Assembly: GCA_951406725.2 (NCBI GenBank)
Contig: OX597836.1
Span: 48,298,001-48,362,000 of the forward strand
From: Octopus vulgaris
Lineage: Eukaryota
Length of the DNA stretch: 64,000 nucleotides
Reading direction: 5' to 3'
The position numbers and the translations under genes are program-made. This document shows positions 62,865 to 64,000 of the stretch, piece by piece; within the stretch, counting starts at the first letter, position 1, and every line of letters begins with the position of its first letter. The notes below the pieces were generated by a model that did not search any database, had not been told where the DNA came from, and worked only from the letters and a program-made list of their open reading frames with translations.

Positions 62865-62875
62865 AATAAAATAAA
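62865..62875 (+). terminator. Polyadenylation signal(s) of annexin mRNA
   Basis: Overlapping AATAAAATAAA ~135 nt after the stop, followed by T/GT-rich sequence. Confidence 0.55.
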
Positions 62876-63147
62876 TTTCAAAATTGGATTAATTTTGTGT
62901 CTATTATATTTTTAAGGAATTATCCTATTCCTCAGTTTTATAATGTCACCAAAATGATAAGTGTGACACTTAATGGTTTCTCTTACATTCAGTGCTTTGG
63001 TGAGATTCATGGATCATAGCTAATGGTGAAGTAATAGCTGATGTGGTTCTGACAAGATCAGCCATTGTCTTTAACACCGCATTTGAGTGTCATTCTTTGT
63101 TTTGCTTCCGAGTCCCAATACAATATCTTAATTATAAGTGCCATGTA

Positions 63148-63362
63148 AGGTGGTGAGCTGGCAGACGTTAGCACACTGGGCAAAATGCTTAGCGGTATTT
63201 CATCTGTTTTTATGTTCTGAGTTCAAATTCTGCCGAGGTCACCTTTGCCTTTCATCCTTTTGGGGTCAAAAAAATTAAGTACCAGTTGCGTTCTGGGGTC
63301 AATGTAATCGACTGGCCATCTCTCCCCAAATTTCGGACCTTGTGCCTAGAGTAGAAAAGAAT
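63148..63362 (+). mobile_element. tRNA-like SINE family B (other copies ~3220-3420, 3479-3690, 22881-23095, 56085-56303, 58892-59050 plus; 46345-46550, 48243-48452, 51765-51962 minus)
   Basis: GGTGGTGAGCTGGCAGA..GTTAGCA head, TGAGTTCAAATTC B-box, CTTTGCCTTTCATCCTTT..AAGTACCAGT body, often an (ATT)n tail. Confidence 0.85.
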
Positions 63363-64000
63363 AAGTTCCATGTTGTTTTTTTCTCTCTGTCATATATAGT
63401 GAAGCAAGGCTCACATAGTGTTTGTCACTGTTGACCCACTGGTGGCTCGTTTGGTATCTTCTGTTTTGTTAATTACATTTTCCGTTTGCTTAGTCTTTTA
63501 TTTTTTCTCATTACAAGATGAAACTCTGTATGAGATAAGGGGAAAAGTCAAAAGATTAAAAAAAAAAAAGACTTTATAAAATATAGGGCAAAACACATTG
63601 CAGCAGACCATAATTGCATAGGCACCGGCTGAGTGCCAGCTTCAAAAGGATTCAGAGAAAAGAAATGATAATATGATCCAACTGCAGGACTTTAAAAAAA
63701 AAAACAAAAAACAAAACCACCATAACCGTCCCAGTGGGTCGTATGAGACTTTTGAGTCTCCTGCAAATATTTCAGTCACGTCAGCTGGGTCCTTTCTTTG
63801 TGTTTTTTCCCTTCACCAAGCTTTAGCTGTTCAAGTTGAACATCTCCATGAATCTCATCAGTATGGAAGGGCCTTCAAGGGTGATAGTCACTGCTCCTAT
63901 CCCTCACATAAAAAAAGCAATTTAAAATCCAGAATTCGAAAAATATAAATACTAAATATATTTATGGAAGCAGGCATGGCTGTGTGGTGAGAAGCTTGCT

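Overview
AT-rich, repeat-dense animal DNA. The SINE, RTE and microsatellite landscape suggests an octopus; that is an inference, not a database result. One protein-coding gene can be rebuilt by hand: a 9-exon + strand annexin. Its ATG is at 36365 in a 6-nt coding first exon, followed by a 16-kb first intron and a stop at 62731 (945 nt CDS, 314 aa, four annexin repeats). A TATA/Inr promoter lies near 36200 and a possible alternative first exon near 39214-39262. The rest is mostly transposon debris: several tRNA-derived SINE families, RTE 3' ends, R4/Dong-, Hero- and L1/Tx1-like LINE fragments, Penelope-like elements, mariner, Merlin, Tigger, hAT and piggyBac-type MITEs, and a Helentron-type HINE. 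The most notable unexplained structures are: (1) a 355-bp tandem repeat with a hammerhead-ribozyme core in each unit plus an inverted partial copy (retrozyme/Penelope pLTR-like, 19.4-20.1 kb); (2) a ~300-bp palindrome holding a divergent pair of CTCF-like motifs (20.6-20.9 kb); (3) a minimal hammerhead antisense to annexin intron 1 (40.5 kb); (4) a three-arm inverted repeat in annexin intron 2 that could form mutually exclusive dsRNA hairpins; (5) a 1.5-kb element with ~160-bp near-perfect terminal inverted repeats. All coordinates, translations and counts were done by eye, and no searches were run.
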